From a virus: a DNA stretch of 64,000 nt. Below the pieces are notes generated by a model that saw only the letters and a program-made list of their open reading frames with translations, made no database searches and had not been told where the DNA came from. Shown piece by piece: positions 1 through 9,291 of the stretch (its first letter is position 1; each line of letters starts with the position of its first letter). The stretch spans positions 1 through 64,000 of the IMG/VR virus record IMGVR_UViG_3300031949_000350. One strand, given 5' to 3'. A program made the position numbers and the translations under genes.

Positions 1-2
1 TG

Positions 3-392
3 GTGATGGGTGCCATCGGTCGTGGAGTTGCCACGAAGTTCCTGGGCTATCTTCAGAACACCACGGCGGTCGTTCCGCCCGAGGTGATCGTGAAGAGCCC
101 CGAAACTGCACCGGTGCCCGGGGTGCGGGCGCTCGATGCCCTCTACGCTACGGAGTCGTCGCTTGAATACTACATCAAGCAGAATCCGCAGCATTGGAAG
201 GCCGGGCTAATCTACGCCACGCGCAAGGAAATGCTGGACGAGGTAGGTGTGCTGCTTGCGTATGCTGTGATGGCAGTGATCAATACCTTCCCCGAGAAGC
301 AGCGACAGGCTGCCATGCTGGACTTTGATCTGTGGGACAAGGTGTACACTCGGTACTCTCAGATCATCCAGGCGGTGGAGAACAACAACTAG
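3..392 (+). CDS. C-terminal part of a probable MoxR-like AAA+ ATPase (truncated by window edge)
   Basis: Open frame from the window start. It sits directly upstream of a metallopeptidase/VWA gene, the usual partner of MoxR ATPases. No Walker motifs in the visible part, so the call is mostly contextual. Confidence 0.45.
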   Translation: MMGAIGRGVATKFLGYLQNTTAVVPPEVIVKSPETAPVPGVRALDALYATESSLEYYIKQNPQHWKAGLIYATRKEMLDEVGVLLAYAVMAVINTFPEKQRQAAMLDFDLWDKVYTRYSQIIQAVENNN

Positions 393-394
393 TG

Positions 395-557
395 GGAAGA
401 TGAAGAATCCCATAGCATCAATGCTAGTCTACAGCACGCGGCCATTGGGCAATAGAGAAGTGGCTATGAGTTATCCTAGGTACTCATATGCCACTCGCTC
501 AGTGCGATAAGAACAAGGTAGACTAAGGGGTAGGGTCGTACCGTGTGACCCTACCCC
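395..557 (+). ncRNA. Structured intergenic element (candidate ncRNA or cis-regulatory RNA)
   Basis: Nested stems 425-432/518-525, 443-450/497-504 (two G-U pairs) and 459-471/482-495, then an 11-bp hairpin 527-537/547-557. Confidence 0.4.
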
Positions 558-567
558 GGCGCTGTGG

Positions 568-596
568 TTGACAAGCGGGAATGGCTTTGCTATACT
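568..596 (+). promoter_or_regulatory. Host sigma70-type early promoter
   Basis: TTGACA (568-573), 17-bp spacer, TATACT (591-596), upstream of ATG 653. Confidence 0.85.
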
Positions 597-652
597 TGTG
601 GTGACAGGGTGCCGCTGCCGGTATTGTTCCGAGCAGCATTCAGGGGGATGGA

Positions 653-2116
653 ATGAGCGATCTTACTTCGGCTGCCGATAAGAAAGGCTTCGATCCGACA
701 TCGTACTACCGGGACACCCCGAAGTCGGGGACTCCTGCTGCTGAACTTCTTAGCTCTGCTCGATTGACGTTGCTTCGGAAGTATCCCTTCTACGGCAAGA
801 TTGCGATGAGCATGGTGCTTGTCGCATCGGATGAGGTTCCGACTACTGCTGTTGATCCCAAGGGTCGTATGTTCTACAACCCGAAGTGGGTGAATGCCTT
901 TACGTTTGAGGATGCGGTGTTCGAGTTTGCCCATGAGGCGACGCACATGGTGCAGCGTCTCTTCGGTCGGCGCGGCAACCGCAACCCTGGTATCTTCAAC
1001 GTTGCTGCTGACTACTGCGCTGACACGCAGCTTGTTGACTCTGGCCTGAAGCAGAGCTTCGCATCGAGTCTGGTCATCGGGCAGAAAGAGTTTGATCTGG
1101 TTCATGAACTCAAGCGAGTTGAGCCTATCTATGATCATCTGCTTCAGAAAGCGAAGGACAATGAGGATTGCCCGGCCTGTAAGCAGGCGCTTGAGGATCT
1201 CGCCAAGCTGAGCGGTAAGGAAGACGCTGAGGATAGCAAGGCCCGAGGCAAGGCAGAGAAAGGCGAGGGAGAGGGTGACGGCGGAGAGGGTGACGGCGGA
1301 GAGGGCGAGGGTCAGGGCGACGGTCACAGTCACAAGCCCGGACAGGGTAGTGGCTGCGGTGGCGGGAAGCCTAAGCCTAAGCACACTTGCGGTACGGTGA
1401 GGAAGTGCTGCGCTGGTACCTCGGCGGATATTGAGAAGGCCAGCCCCGCTGACGTACAGAAGGCTATTCAGAACGTCATCGCTGCGAAGATGTACGCCGA
1501 GGGGAAGGGCAACATGCCCGGCTTCCTCGGCGATCAGATTGATGAGCTTACCCGAAGTAAGGTGCGCTGGCAGGATCATATCAGGACGGCAGCGAATAGG
1601 GTATTCTCTCGTGGTCGGTATACCTACAAGCGACCCCATAAGCGGGGACAGGCGCTCAGTATCCGGCTTCAGACTACCCAGCCCGAGAGTAGGTCGGCGG
1701 TGGTTGCGGTGGATACGTCTGGCTCGATGGGCTATGATCAGATTGTTCAGTGCATCAGCGAGACGGCAGCTATCATCCTGGCTGCGGGGTGCGATAAGAT
1801 CTGGCTTATCCTGCATGACTGTGCGATCTATTACAGTGGCTACATTGGGAGGGAAGATCTCACAAAGATCAAGATGAGTCGTGGCGGCACGTCGCATCTG
1901 CCTGTGTTCGATTGCCTCAATCGGAAGCATTCGGTTAGGGAGTTGAACCTTCCGACGAGCGAGCATTGTGAGCTTGCGGTAATGTTCACTGACTTGGGGA
2001 CTGACTTCCCCGATGAGCGCCCGTCCTTCCCGGTCATCTGGGGCGTCCCCGTTCCCAGCGCCCCGGGGATGAATGCAGAGGTTCCCTTTGGAAAGAAAAT
2101 CGCAGTCGAGCTTTAA
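653..2116 (+). CDS. Putative metallopeptidase plus VWA-like domain protein (DUF2201-type)
   Basis: HEATH (HExxH), NVAAD motif, Gly/Glu linker, VAVDTSGSM MIDAS-like motif, GGT and FTD motifs. Confidence 0.85.
   Translation: MSDLTSAADKKGFDPTSYYRDTPKSGTPAAELLSSARLTLLRKYPFYGKIAMSMVLVASDEVPTTAVDPKGRMFYNPKWVNAFTFEDAVFEFAHEATHMVQRLFGRRGNRNPGIFNVAADYCADTQLVDSGLKQSFASSLVIGQKEFDLVHELKRVEPIYDHLLQKAKDNEDCPACKQALEDLAKLSGKEDAEDSKARGKAEKGEGEGDGGEGDGGEGEGQGDGHSHKPGQGSGCGGGKPKPKHTCGTVRKCCAGTSADIEKASPADVQKAIQNVIAAKMYAEGKGNMPGFLGDQIDELTRSKVRWQDHIRTAANRVFSRGRYTYKRPHKRGQALSIRLQTTQPESRSAVVAVDTSGSMGYDQIVQCISETAAIILAAGCDKIWLILHDCAIYYSGYIGREDLTKIKMSRGGTSHLPVFDCLNRKHSVRELNLPTSEHCELAVMFTDLGTDFPDERPSFPVIWGVPVPSAPGMNAEVPFGKKIAVEL
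1268..1305 (+). repeat. 15-nt tandem repeat encoding a GEGDG linker
   Basis: GGAGAGGGTGACGGC twice plus a partial copy, inside the VWA gene. Confidence 0.8.
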
Positions 2117-2654
2117 GATCGGAGAGCGTGGGTGGAGGTACCATCCCACGACTCAATATCGGAAGATTCGGAATCGAGACGAGGCTGATCCTCTCGTTGC
2201 CGCACTCTCCAAGATGTTCTACAACAGGCAGTTTGCCTACTCTGACGAGAAGCAAGCTATTTCAGCATCGATAGCACATTGCAACTTCTATGGGATGAGG
2301 GACGATGAGCGAAAGGAGTTAGGATGTAAAGGCTATCCTAACTGGATCGGACGGGCACACATGATTACTTTGTTCAAAGAGATGGGGGTGATGACTCCCA
2401 CTGGTAGGGGCAAGCAACCGTATAAGGTAACTATCCTTGACGATTGGCGGGTAGTGATTGACCGAGGTAAGTTCGTGCGAGTGACTCACTTCCACGAGGG
2501 CGGCGAGGCATGGAGGGCGAACCGATTCACCGGGAAGGACAAGGAAACGGGCGAGACTGTTAGTTTAGGTTGGAAGTGTATCAAGTGCCAAGAGCCCGAG
2601 CCGCTGAGGGTCAAGGGATTCGTTATGCTTCACACTATTGGGGGCGACAAATGA
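2073..2654 (+). CDS. Hypothetical protein with C-terminal CxxC
   Basis: ORF in the co-oriented chain; WKCIKC near the C-terminus; start uncertain. Confidence 0.55.
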   Translation: MQRFPLERKSQSSFKIGERGWRYHPTTQYRKIRNRDEADPLVAALSKMFYNRQFAYSDEKQAISASIAHCNFYGMRDDERKELGCKGYPNWIGRAHMITLFKEMGVMTPTGRGKQPYKVTILDDWRVVIDRGKFVRVTHFHEGGEAWRANRFTGKDKETGETVSLGWKCIKCQEPEPLRVKGFVMLHTIGGDK

Positions 2655-2875
2655 CGAGAGAGCAGGCTGACTCACTCTATTCTAAGATCAAGGATAGTGT
2701 GAATAATCATCTCAAGGCAATCGAGGTACTGAAGAAGCTAGCAATCTCGATTGAGTGGGAAGTGGGCAAGTCCGATGGTGAGGGGTTCACCGCGGCCGGC
2801 TGGGAATGGCGGAAGGCTGAAGTCCTGTACAGTATGGGGCTTGGGCCTAAGCCTAATAAGTGGAGGAGGTACTAG
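2651..2875 (+). CDS. Hypothetical protein
   Basis: ATG overlaps the upstream stop (ATGA); MTREQADSLY... Confidence 0.55.
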   Translation: MTREQADSLYSKIKDSVNNHLKAIEVLKKLAISIEWEVGKSDGEGFTAAGWEWRKAEVLYSMGLGPKPNKWRRY

Positions 2876-2876
2876 A

Positions 2877-2996
2877 ATGCGTAAGATGATTGCAGCTATG
2901 GTGCTGGCCTTGACGATCCTGCCCGGGTGTGGTATGATCTTCGAGAGCAGCGACCGGTCGGTGCCGGCGCGAAACCACCGCGAGTGTGGTAGGTAG
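2877..2996 (+). CDS. Small putative lipoprotein
   Basis: GGAGG RBS; MRKMIAAMVLALTILPGC signal ending in a lipobox-like Cys. Confidence 0.45.
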   Translation: MRKMIAAMVLALTILPGCGMIFESSDRSVPARNHRECGR

Positions 2997-2998
2997 TC

Positions 2999-3841
2999 AT
3001 GGCTAATATAAAGAAGCGGCTACACTTCAACACTAAAGCTAAGCAAAAGGATCAGTTCTATACTAATCCTGAGTTAGCTGCAAAGTTGGTAGACTTTACA
3101 GTGAGAGCACTACCAGTGGAACGGCGTGCTCTACTGTTGGAGCCGTCAGCGGGGACAGGAGCGTTTCTTGTTCCTATGAAGAAGCATGGCCGAGCTATCG
3201 GGTTGGATATTGACCCGAAGCACGGATGGGTAAAGGAAGGCAACTTTCTTGAGTCCTCATCGAAGGACTTCGGAGGGTTGAGAACGGATGAAGTGTGCGT
3301 AATCGGTAATCCTCCGTTTGGGTTCGCTGCCAACCTAGCTGTTCTTTTTTTCAACCACGCAGCTACCATGGCAGACACGATTGCGTTTATCGTGCCTCGA
3401 ACATTCCGAAAGGCTTCCGTTCATAACAAGCTGAACCTTAACTTTTGGCTATTTGATGATCAGGATGTAGGTAAGGACGCTTTTATTTTTCAGGATGAAG
3501 CATATGATGTGCCGTGTTGCTTCCAGATATGGGAGCGAAGAGACAGAAAGCGTGTGAAGGTAAAGCTTGAGGAGTCGCCTCTCTTTACTTTTACTACACC
3601 GGACGATGCTGATTTCGCTGTGCGTAGGGTTGGCGGCGGGGCCGGTAAGACGGTCGATGCGGATGGCACTAAGCCTCCTAGTCATCACTACATTAAGGCA
3701 AGCCATGGTGTGGTTGTAGCTAAGCTTAGAGCTATGATAGATGGGCTAAACTTTGACAAAGAGAAGAACGCTACTGCTGGGGTAAGGTCTATCTCAAAGC
3801 AGGAGTTTGTGGCTAAGACGAATAAGGAGATTCCGTCATGA
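2999..3841 (+). CDS. DNA amino-methyltransferase (N6-adenine/N4-cytosine)
   Basis: DQFYT, LEPSAGTG (SAM-binding motif I), GLDIDP and VIGNPPFG (catalytic motif IV). Confidence 0.9.
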   Translation: MANIKKRLHFNTKAKQKDQFYTNPELAAKLVDFTVRALPVERRALLLEPSAGTGAFLVPMKKHGRAIGLDIDPKHGWVKEGNFLESSSKDFGGLRTDEVCVIGNPPFGFAANLAVLFFNHAATMADTIAFIVPRTFRKASVHNKLNLNFWLFDDQDVGKDAFIFQDEAYDVPCCFQIWERRDRKRVKVKLEESPLFTFTTPDDADFAVRRVGGGAGKTVDADGTKPPSHHYIKASHGVVVAKLRAMIDGLNFDKEKNATAGVRSISKQEFVAKTNKEIPS

Positions 3842-4347
3842 AGTTTTCTACTTCAAACATCTTTCTGTTGAAAGATTTTACTCAACATGTATGGTGGCTC
3901 GATGACAGTTATCTCAAAGACAAGCTAGACGGTAGGTGGTACGGCTTGATTGCCGATCATCTGGTAAACCGACTGTTTGATGACTCTTCACTTGCCCAAA
4001 GTGCTACGGAGAAAGGGTATGATATTATTGTCAACAGTTGGCCGTATCGAGGTATTTGGGAGGTAAAGACGTACGGTAAGAGCGGTGCGCAACTTCCGCC
4101 GTCCTTTACTAGAGGCACTGGCAGAACGCCAATGACGGAAGCAGAGTTCAGAGAATGGAATGAGAGGTTGAACCTACGAGGATTTATCATCGTGGACGTA
4201 ACCAAGGTGCATCTAAATGAGGTAAGAATCCGAGCCATCGAATACACAAGTATGGAGTCTTCTGGGTACTTTGGGCGAGTACTGAAGGAGCTGAATACTA
4301 ACAACGGCCCTAGATTCTTCAGTGACATTACTGAAGTGGTTGTATAA
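3838..4347 (+). CDS. Putative PD-(D/E)xK endonuclease, coupled to the MTase
   Basis: GYD...WEVKT pattern; ATGA overlap with the MTase; AT-richer than the flanks. Confidence 0.5.
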   Translation: MKFSTSNIFLLKDFTQHVWWLDDSYLKDKLDGRWYGLIADHLVNRLFDDSSLAQSATEKGYDIIVNSWPYRGIWEVKTYGKSGAQLPPSFTRGTGRTPMTEAEFREWNERLNLRGFIIVDVTKVHLNEVRIRAIEYTSMESSGYFGRVLKELNTNNGPRFFSDITEVVV

Positions 4348-4404
4348 ATGCTGGCAGAAGTCACGGTGACAACTGATTCTGTTCTATAAGAAGGAGACGC
4401 CCAA

Positions 4405-4620
4405 GTGGGCAAGACTAGACGACATGTTCGACGTGACGAAGAGACGGATGACGAGAGGGCGATTCGAGTCATGGAGCAAACGAAAGCGGCAGGACGGTTG
4501 CCGGTTGCTCCTCCGGGATACTTTCATGATACGGACCGGGATCGCCCCGGCCGTAAGCGGGATCGCAAGCGCACGCAGCGGGAGCTTCGTGAGGCGGCAG
4601 ATGAGTATAACCGGTCATAA
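4405..4620 (+). CDS. Small Arg-rich hypothetical protein
   Basis: AAGGAG RBS with GTG start. Confidence 0.55.
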   Translation: MGKTRRHVRRDEETDDERAIRVMEQTKAAGRLPVAPPGYFHDTDRDRPGRKRDRKRTQRELREAADEYNRS

Positions 4621-4846
4621 GGGTGAGCTTGAAAAAGACTGGGACCTTGTTACTGTAGCGTTGGGTCCGAAGTCTAACCTTAAGGAAGATAGGACACTCA
4701 TGTACGCTAGTCACCGTAACTGCGGCTGGGTCCCCCCGCAGAACAACAGTGATGAGCCGAGGTGTTCTGAGTGCGGCGCTAAGCTGAACGAGAAGGCGCA
4801 TCGGATGATCCGTGTTCATAACTTCGTAATGAAGATTGGAGTTTGA
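4601..4846 (+). CDS. Hypothetical Zn-binding protein
   Basis: GAGG before ATG 4601; SHRNC...RCSEC. Confidence 0.5.
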   Translation: MSITGHKGELEKDWDLVTVALGPKSNLKEDRTLMYASHRNCGWVPPQNNSDEPRCSECGAKLNEKAHRMIRVHNFVMKIGV

Positions 4847-5285
4847 CGTGGCTAAAGATAAGACTGAAGATCTTGAGTTGACTTCTGACATTGAGTTTCG
4901 GCGTGGACTGGTTGTCCATACCACCGTGGAGGAAGCACAGGAAGTAATCTATCGTCTGCTCGCTGAGACACCGAATGGTTACTTTATCTGGACTTCGCTG
5001 GACGATTCAAAGGTGTGGTGGCTCCGGTATCCTCGCCCTGAATCCAGGGAAGTCAAGCAGTGGCTCAACGGTAAGGAGACTTACATCATCCATATCTGTG
5101 ACCCGATTCGGTACGTCGAGCACGCTAAGCGTGGGGAGTATCGCTCATTGTCTAGCTACAGTGGCTACGCTAACGATGATCAGGCTTGCTATCAGTGCAA
5201 ACAAATCATCCCTGAAACGATCAAGGAGACAGCGGTTCGGATGACCCGGATGCTGAACTTCACTGCAAAGTTTGCGGAGGTCTGA
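4836..5285 (+). CDS. Hypothetical Zn-binding protein
   Basis: IHIC...ACYQC; likely start GTG 4848 after GGAG. Confidence 0.55.
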   Translation: MEFDVAKDKTEDLELTSDIEFRRGLVVHTTVEEAQEVIYRLLAETPNGYFIWTSLDDSKVWWLRYPRPESREVKQWLNGKETYIIHICDPIRYVEHAKRGEYRSLSSYSGYANDDQACYQCKQIIPETIKETAVRMTRMLNFTAKFAEV

Positions 5286-5612
5286 CATGCTGTGGCTTTG
5301 TCTATTCTTTCATCGCTGGGGTAAGTGGACTCACTACTCCTCGGGTACGGTATCTTATCATGGTAAGGTACAAGGTAAGATGATCATTCAGCAGCGGTGG
5401 TGCTCTAGGTGTGAGTATTTTGATTACCGTAAGCAGGAGATTGTACTCCGATGACGTGCAAGCATAAGTGCAGTCAGCATATCACCGTCAAGAATGGTCT
5501 GAAGCTGGGCGCTGCCATCTATACGTTACATCTGTTTGTTCATGTTGTAGCTTTCATGATTTCCCCCACGTTGGGTGCGATCCTGCTGGCACTGTTCTAG
5601 AGGATAACTACG

Positions 5613-6035
5613 ATGCGTAAGTTCTTTGAGTATTTCTTTCGTGTTCTGTATTTGGTAGTGTTCGTCGCTATCCCGGCTTTCATCATCTACACGGTGATTT
5701 TCACTGCGCTATGTGCTCCGGCTCGTGGTACTGAGATTGTCAAGGCTAATGATCATTTCTTTACCGCTACTCAACTCAAGGCGCTGTGCGACAGTGGTAG
5801 CGAGAAGTGCGGCGGGTACGTCTTCGGTGTGATCGACACCCTGACCTCGTCGCTTGAGTGTAAGGGGACTGCGGGCCAGATTACTTCAAATGAAGTGGCG
5901 ACCTATCTCAATAAGGTCCTTGAGACTACCCGCCCTGAGATTCTCAACAAGGTAAGCGGTGCGGCAATGGTGAGCTTCGCTTTCAGTCAGACGACTGTTA
6001 GCAAGCGTTGTGTCGCGGAATCGAAGGGCATCTAA
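5613..6035 (+). CDS. Membrane-anchored Rap1a/Tai4-like immunity-domain protein
   Basis: N-terminal TM helix, then FTATQLKALC...CGGYVFGVIDTL...C...RPE...AAMVSFAF, which fits the Rap1a pattern. Confidence 0.55.
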   Translation: MRKFFEYFFRVLYLVVFVAIPAFIIYTVIFTALCAPARGTEIVKANDHFFTATQLKALCDSGSEKCGGYVFGVIDTLTSSLECKGTAGQITSNEVATYLNKVLETTRPEILNKVSGAAMVSFAFSQTTVSKRCVAESKGI

Positions 6036-6149
6036 TGTCCACAATCTTCGCTATCGGACTCGTGTTCGTCATCGTGGTGCACTTCATCCTTGAATATCGC
6101 CGCGAGCAGAGACATCTTCGACGTTTCATCGAGGAGCATAAGGAGAAGT

Positions 6150-6356
6150 ATGAACGACTTGATTGATCGGCTAGGACTGCATGAGCTTCCGGTTCTGGAG
6201 CTTCTGGAGGAAGTTCTCTGGCAAGAGATCCGCTCTCAGAACGAGGGAACCGAAGAAGAGATCCAGCGAATCGTGCTGATCTTTGGACGTGTGCTCAAGG
6301 CTGCCATCGAGCTTGCGAAGGAGAACAAGAATGGCCCTCACCTCAGTAACGAATAA
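6150..6356 (+). CDS. Hypothetical protein
   Basis: AGGAG RBS before ATG 6150. Confidence 0.5.
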   Translation: MNDLIDRLGLHELPVLELLEEVLWQEIRSQNEGTEEEIQRIVLIFGRVLKAAIELAKENKNGPHLSNE

Positions 6357-6666
6357 GGATGACGAGAAGAAGGAAGTCAACGCTAGGGAGTTGATCCTGA
6401 AGGCGCTGAAGAATCTAACTTTCCGCTACCGCCTGTTTGCTACAGGCTTCCTGTTCAGTATCGGGCTGATGGCAATGGCGGCGTATTTTATCCACCCTGG
6501 ACTGGCGGCACTAATCGTCACGACGTACATTACCTACTTTATGCGAGTCAATCTGATCAACATTGACGGACAGCGACAGCAGCTTGAACAGACTATTCAG
6601 CACGCATTCAATCAGGCTCAGAAGGGCAATCCTTTGGGCGATCACCACAAGGGGGCGTATCTGTGA
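6331..6666 (+). CDS. Two-TM membrane protein
   Basis: AAGGAG RBS; two hydrophobic segments. Confidence 0.55.
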   Translation: MALTSVTNKDDEKKEVNARELILKALKNLTFRYRLFATGFLFSIGLMAMAAYFIHPGLAALIVTTYITYFMRVNLINIDGQRQQLEQTIQHAFNQAQKGNPLGDHHKGAYL

Positions 6667-7139
6667 GCAAGGGTGTAGGCTACTGTGAAAACACCGACTG
6701 CCTTGATTTCCACAAGGGAGTCTTCCTGCTCAACTTCAGCGATCAGTTCTACTGCCCCGTGTGCCGTAGCACGGGTCAGCTTGTCGCTGAGCAACGAGAC
6801 GAGGTAGACATTCGAGCTGTCCTGTACACGATGGTGATAGTCAACTTTGATTACACGCCCGCCGAGAAGCGGTACAAAGCGAGGGCTATCGTGCAGATAG
6901 AACCACGCAGAGATGGGTCGATCTACAACTACTCGTCGCCGCTGATCAAGACCGAGATCAGGGCGCTGAAGATTGGCGAGAGTCTACTGGTGGCGCTCAA
7001 CAGCGGGGCAACCACGAACGATTTGCTAACGTGCGAGACTGTGCTATCCTTTGATCAAGGGGCCGATGAGTTCAAGGCTTCGCTCAAGCGGCTTGAGTAT
7101 CGACTAGATGAACGAGAGAGGAGACTCAATGAGTATTGA
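6663..7139 (+). CDS. Zn-ribbon hypothetical protein upstream of the sigma factor
   Basis: YCENTDC...YCPVC; GTGA overlap with the upstream gene. Confidence 0.6.
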   Translation: MSKGVGYCENTDCLDFHKGVFLLNFSDQFYCPVCRSTGQLVAEQRDEVDIRAVLYTMVIVNFDYTPAEKRYKARAIVQIEPRRDGSIYNYSSPLIKTEIRALKIGESLLVALNSGATTNDLLTCETVLSFDQGADEFKASLKRLEYRLDERERRLNEY

Positions 7140-8466
7140 TTACAGCGATGCGGACATGGGCAATGCGATCTATGATGAGGAGCCGGCCCCCAAGACTACG
7201 CACACCCGTCAGATAGTTCATAACTCGGTCGAGTCTGTTCAGGCTGACTTGACCAATAAGCAGCGGGCAAAGGTTGTCGTGCGGCTGCGCGAGGCTCTGA
7301 CCGATTACGAGGTTCAGGCACTTGGTGCCTACCCCGTGCGTGATTACATCTATCGCCTCTACAATAGCAAGGTGACGGATGAACTTGCGGTCAGTGCGCT
7401 GAGTCGTGACTTCAACATGAGCGTTCACGGCCACAATCAGGAACTCGGCAAGAAGGTTGCCAGACTGCTGCTAGAGGCGTGCGAGAACGATAACAAAGGA
7501 AACAAGCTGGAAGCGTTCAAGCTGCTCCTCGACATCCGGGTTCGCTACGATATCCTTCTGAGCGAGGAAGTTGTAGGCGTCCTGACTACGCTTAGGTACG
7601 ATCTAACTACGGTGTCCAACATTGTTGACTACCGGAAGCTGCTGTTCTCTAGCGTAGCGAAGATGGTGTCGAGCATTGCCCTGAAGCGACATCGCGGACT
7701 GTCTGGTGGCGTGATTGAAGACGTGGACCTGATTCAAGAGGCACTGCTTCACGCTAAGATCGGCATCGATTCGTACCAGCCTGACTTCACTGCGAATGAG
7801 GATGCTGGGAAGTCGTTTACTTCCTTCATCTATCGTTGGGTGGGTGGGATGCTCAGCAAGTTCATCAATGACAACACCCGGAACGTCCGGGTGCCTCGGA
7901 CTGCCATCGACCGCAGCCGGCCTGTCTACTACGCTATCGAGAAGTTGGGTAATGTAGGCTACGAGAAGCTAGCGGACGAGGCGACCCGTATCCTGGCGGA
8001 CATTCGGCTGAAGAACGCGCGGCGTAAGCTCATTCAGAACGAGCGGTACTCGGCTGAGGAAGTGTACGACATCCTCACCCACACGCAGGACGAGGCGAGC
8101 ATGGATGCCGTCATCTCGACCGATGAGTTCGGGCATGAGAACACGTTCGGTGAGTTGATCCCAGCCGCGACCCCTCATGTGGAACATCTTGTGGACAACA
8201 AGCAGAGTCAGTCCAAACTGGTTGCCGTGCTCCATGACTACTGCGACACCGCTGAGGAACGGGAGGTGCTTTCGATTCGGTGGGGAGGCGAGAAGTACCG
8301 TGGGCTGAAGTCTACGGCTGACTTCTATCGGGACAGCACTCGACGTTCGATGAACAAGACGAAGGTGGCTGAGATCGAGAATAAGGTGTTCGACCGGATT
8401 CGTATGGCTATCTCGCAGGGTGCCGAGAACCGTGTGAACGAGGTGGCCGAGGCTCTGTCTAGCTAA
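7129..8466 (+). CDS. Phage-encoded sigma70-family RNA polymerase sigma factor
   Basis: Region 2 (DVDLIQEALL...IDSY...FTSFIYRWV), NVRVP, region 3 (SMDA...TFGELI) and region 4-like (EREVLSIRWG...VAEIENKVFDRIR). Confidence 0.8.
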   Translation: MSIDYSDADMGNAIYDEEPAPKTTHTRQIVHNSVESVQADLTNKQRAKVVVRLREALTDYEVQALGAYPVRDYIYRLYNSKVTDELAVSALSRDFNMSVHGHNQELGKKVARLLLEACENDNKGNKLEAFKLLLDIRVRYDILLSEEVVGVLTTLRYDLTTVSNIVDYRKLLFSSVAKMVSSIALKRHRGLSGGVIEDVDLIQEALLHAKIGIDSYQPDFTANEDAGKSFTSFIYRWVGGMLSKFINDNTRNVRVPRTAIDRSRPVYYAIEKLGNVGYEKLADEATRILADIRLKNARRKLIQNERYSAEEVYDILTHTQDEASMDAVISTDEFGHENTFGELIPAATPHVEHLVDNKQSQSKLVAVLHDYCDTAEEREVLSIRWGGEKYRGLKSTADFYRDSTRRSMNKTKVAEIENKVFDRIRMAISQGAENRVNEVAEALSS

Positions 8467-8489
8467 ACTGTGAAGATGATCGTTCGATT

Positions 8490-8514
8490 GAAACGGTATT
8501 ATCTAATAGGAGCA
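8490..8514 (+). promoter_or_regulatory. Conserved phage promoter-like motif, copy 1
   Basis: GAAACGGTATTATCTAATAGGAGCA, identical to 22900-22924; intergenic. Confidence 0.75.
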
Positions 8515-8542
8515 CGCTGTACCTTGGAATGAGGAGAAAGTA

Positions 8543-8689
8543 ATGGCGATCAACTTCGGACTAGACTTGAGCGGCGTGAAGGCAGCACTTGAACGAATCG
8601 TTCGAGCGCTGGAATCTGTGGCAGAAGAAGTCAAGACGATCCGAAAGATCATGGAGCAGAAGAATGCCGAGAAGGGGAAGAGGACATAA
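8543..8689 (+). CDS. 48-aa coiled-coil hypothetical protein (not in the ORF track)
   Basis: GAGGAG RBS; MAINFGLDLSGVKAALERIVRALE... Confidence 0.55.
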   Translation: MAINFGLDLSGVKAALERIVRALESVAEEVKTIRKIMEQKNAEKGKRT

Positions 8690-9134
8690 GAACACTGCTG
8701 AAGATTTCTGGGCTAATGTTCAGAAAGGTGACGGGTGTTGGTTGTGGACTGCTTATTGTGACGGCTACGGACATGGTATCTTTAGGTGGAATGGTAAGAC
8801 AACTGGTGCGCATAGGATAGCTTGGGAATTGACGTTTGGAGCTACTGATCTATGTGTACTGCACAAATGTGATAACCCTCCTTGCGTGAATCCTGATCAT
8901 TTGTTTAAAGGCACGAAGGGTGATAACAATAGAGATTGCGTTGCCAAGAAACGTCATCATCATTCACGAAAGACACATTGCTTTAGGGGGCATAAGTTCA
9001 CCGATGAAAACACAAGATACTACAAGAACGGAAGATGGTGTCGAAAGTGTAATGCTGACTACGCGAAGGCCACCCGTAAAAAGAAAAAAGAAGAAGGCGG
9101 GAAGGCCCCCGAGATCACTACGCAAAGCAATTGA
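8664..9134 (+). CDS. HNH homing endonuclease
   Basis: CWLW, AHRIAW, VLHKCDNPPCVNPDHL, THCFRGH. Confidence 0.9.
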   Translation: MPRRGRGHKNTAEDFWANVQKGDGCWLWTAYCDGYGHGIFRWNGKTTGAHRIAWELTFGATDLCVLHKCDNPPCVNPDHLFKGTKGDNNRDCVAKKRHHHSRKTHCFRGHKFTDENTRYYKNGRWCRKCNADYAKATRKKKKEEGGKAPEITTQSN

Positions 9135-9291
9135 TCAGAAATGTAAGTCATGTATTTATGATGATTGCGCCCCAGGAACGTGGCGGATTCAGGTAGAGGA
9201 ATGCACAATCGTTGACTGTCCCCTCTACAACGTCCGACCCAAGAGCAAGAGGGAGAAGGTAGATGCGGCTACTGTTGCTGATCCTGTTTGA
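9052..9291 (+). CDS. Small Cys-rich phage protein
   Basis: SLRKAIDQKCKSCIYD...WRIQVEEC...CPLY. Confidence 0.5.
   Translation: MLTTRRPPVKRKKKKAGRPPRSLRKAIDQKCKSCIYDDCAPGTWRIQVEECTIVDCPLYNVRPKSKREKVDAATVADPV

Noticed and set aside
527-557. Hairpin as an intrinsic terminator
   Set aside because: No U-tract on either strand; kept only as part of the structured element.
590-2149. 519-aa minus-strand ORF and similar antisense ORFs (e.g. 43062-44093, 38556-39446)
   Set aside because: They mirror well-supported + strand genes and reflect codon bias.
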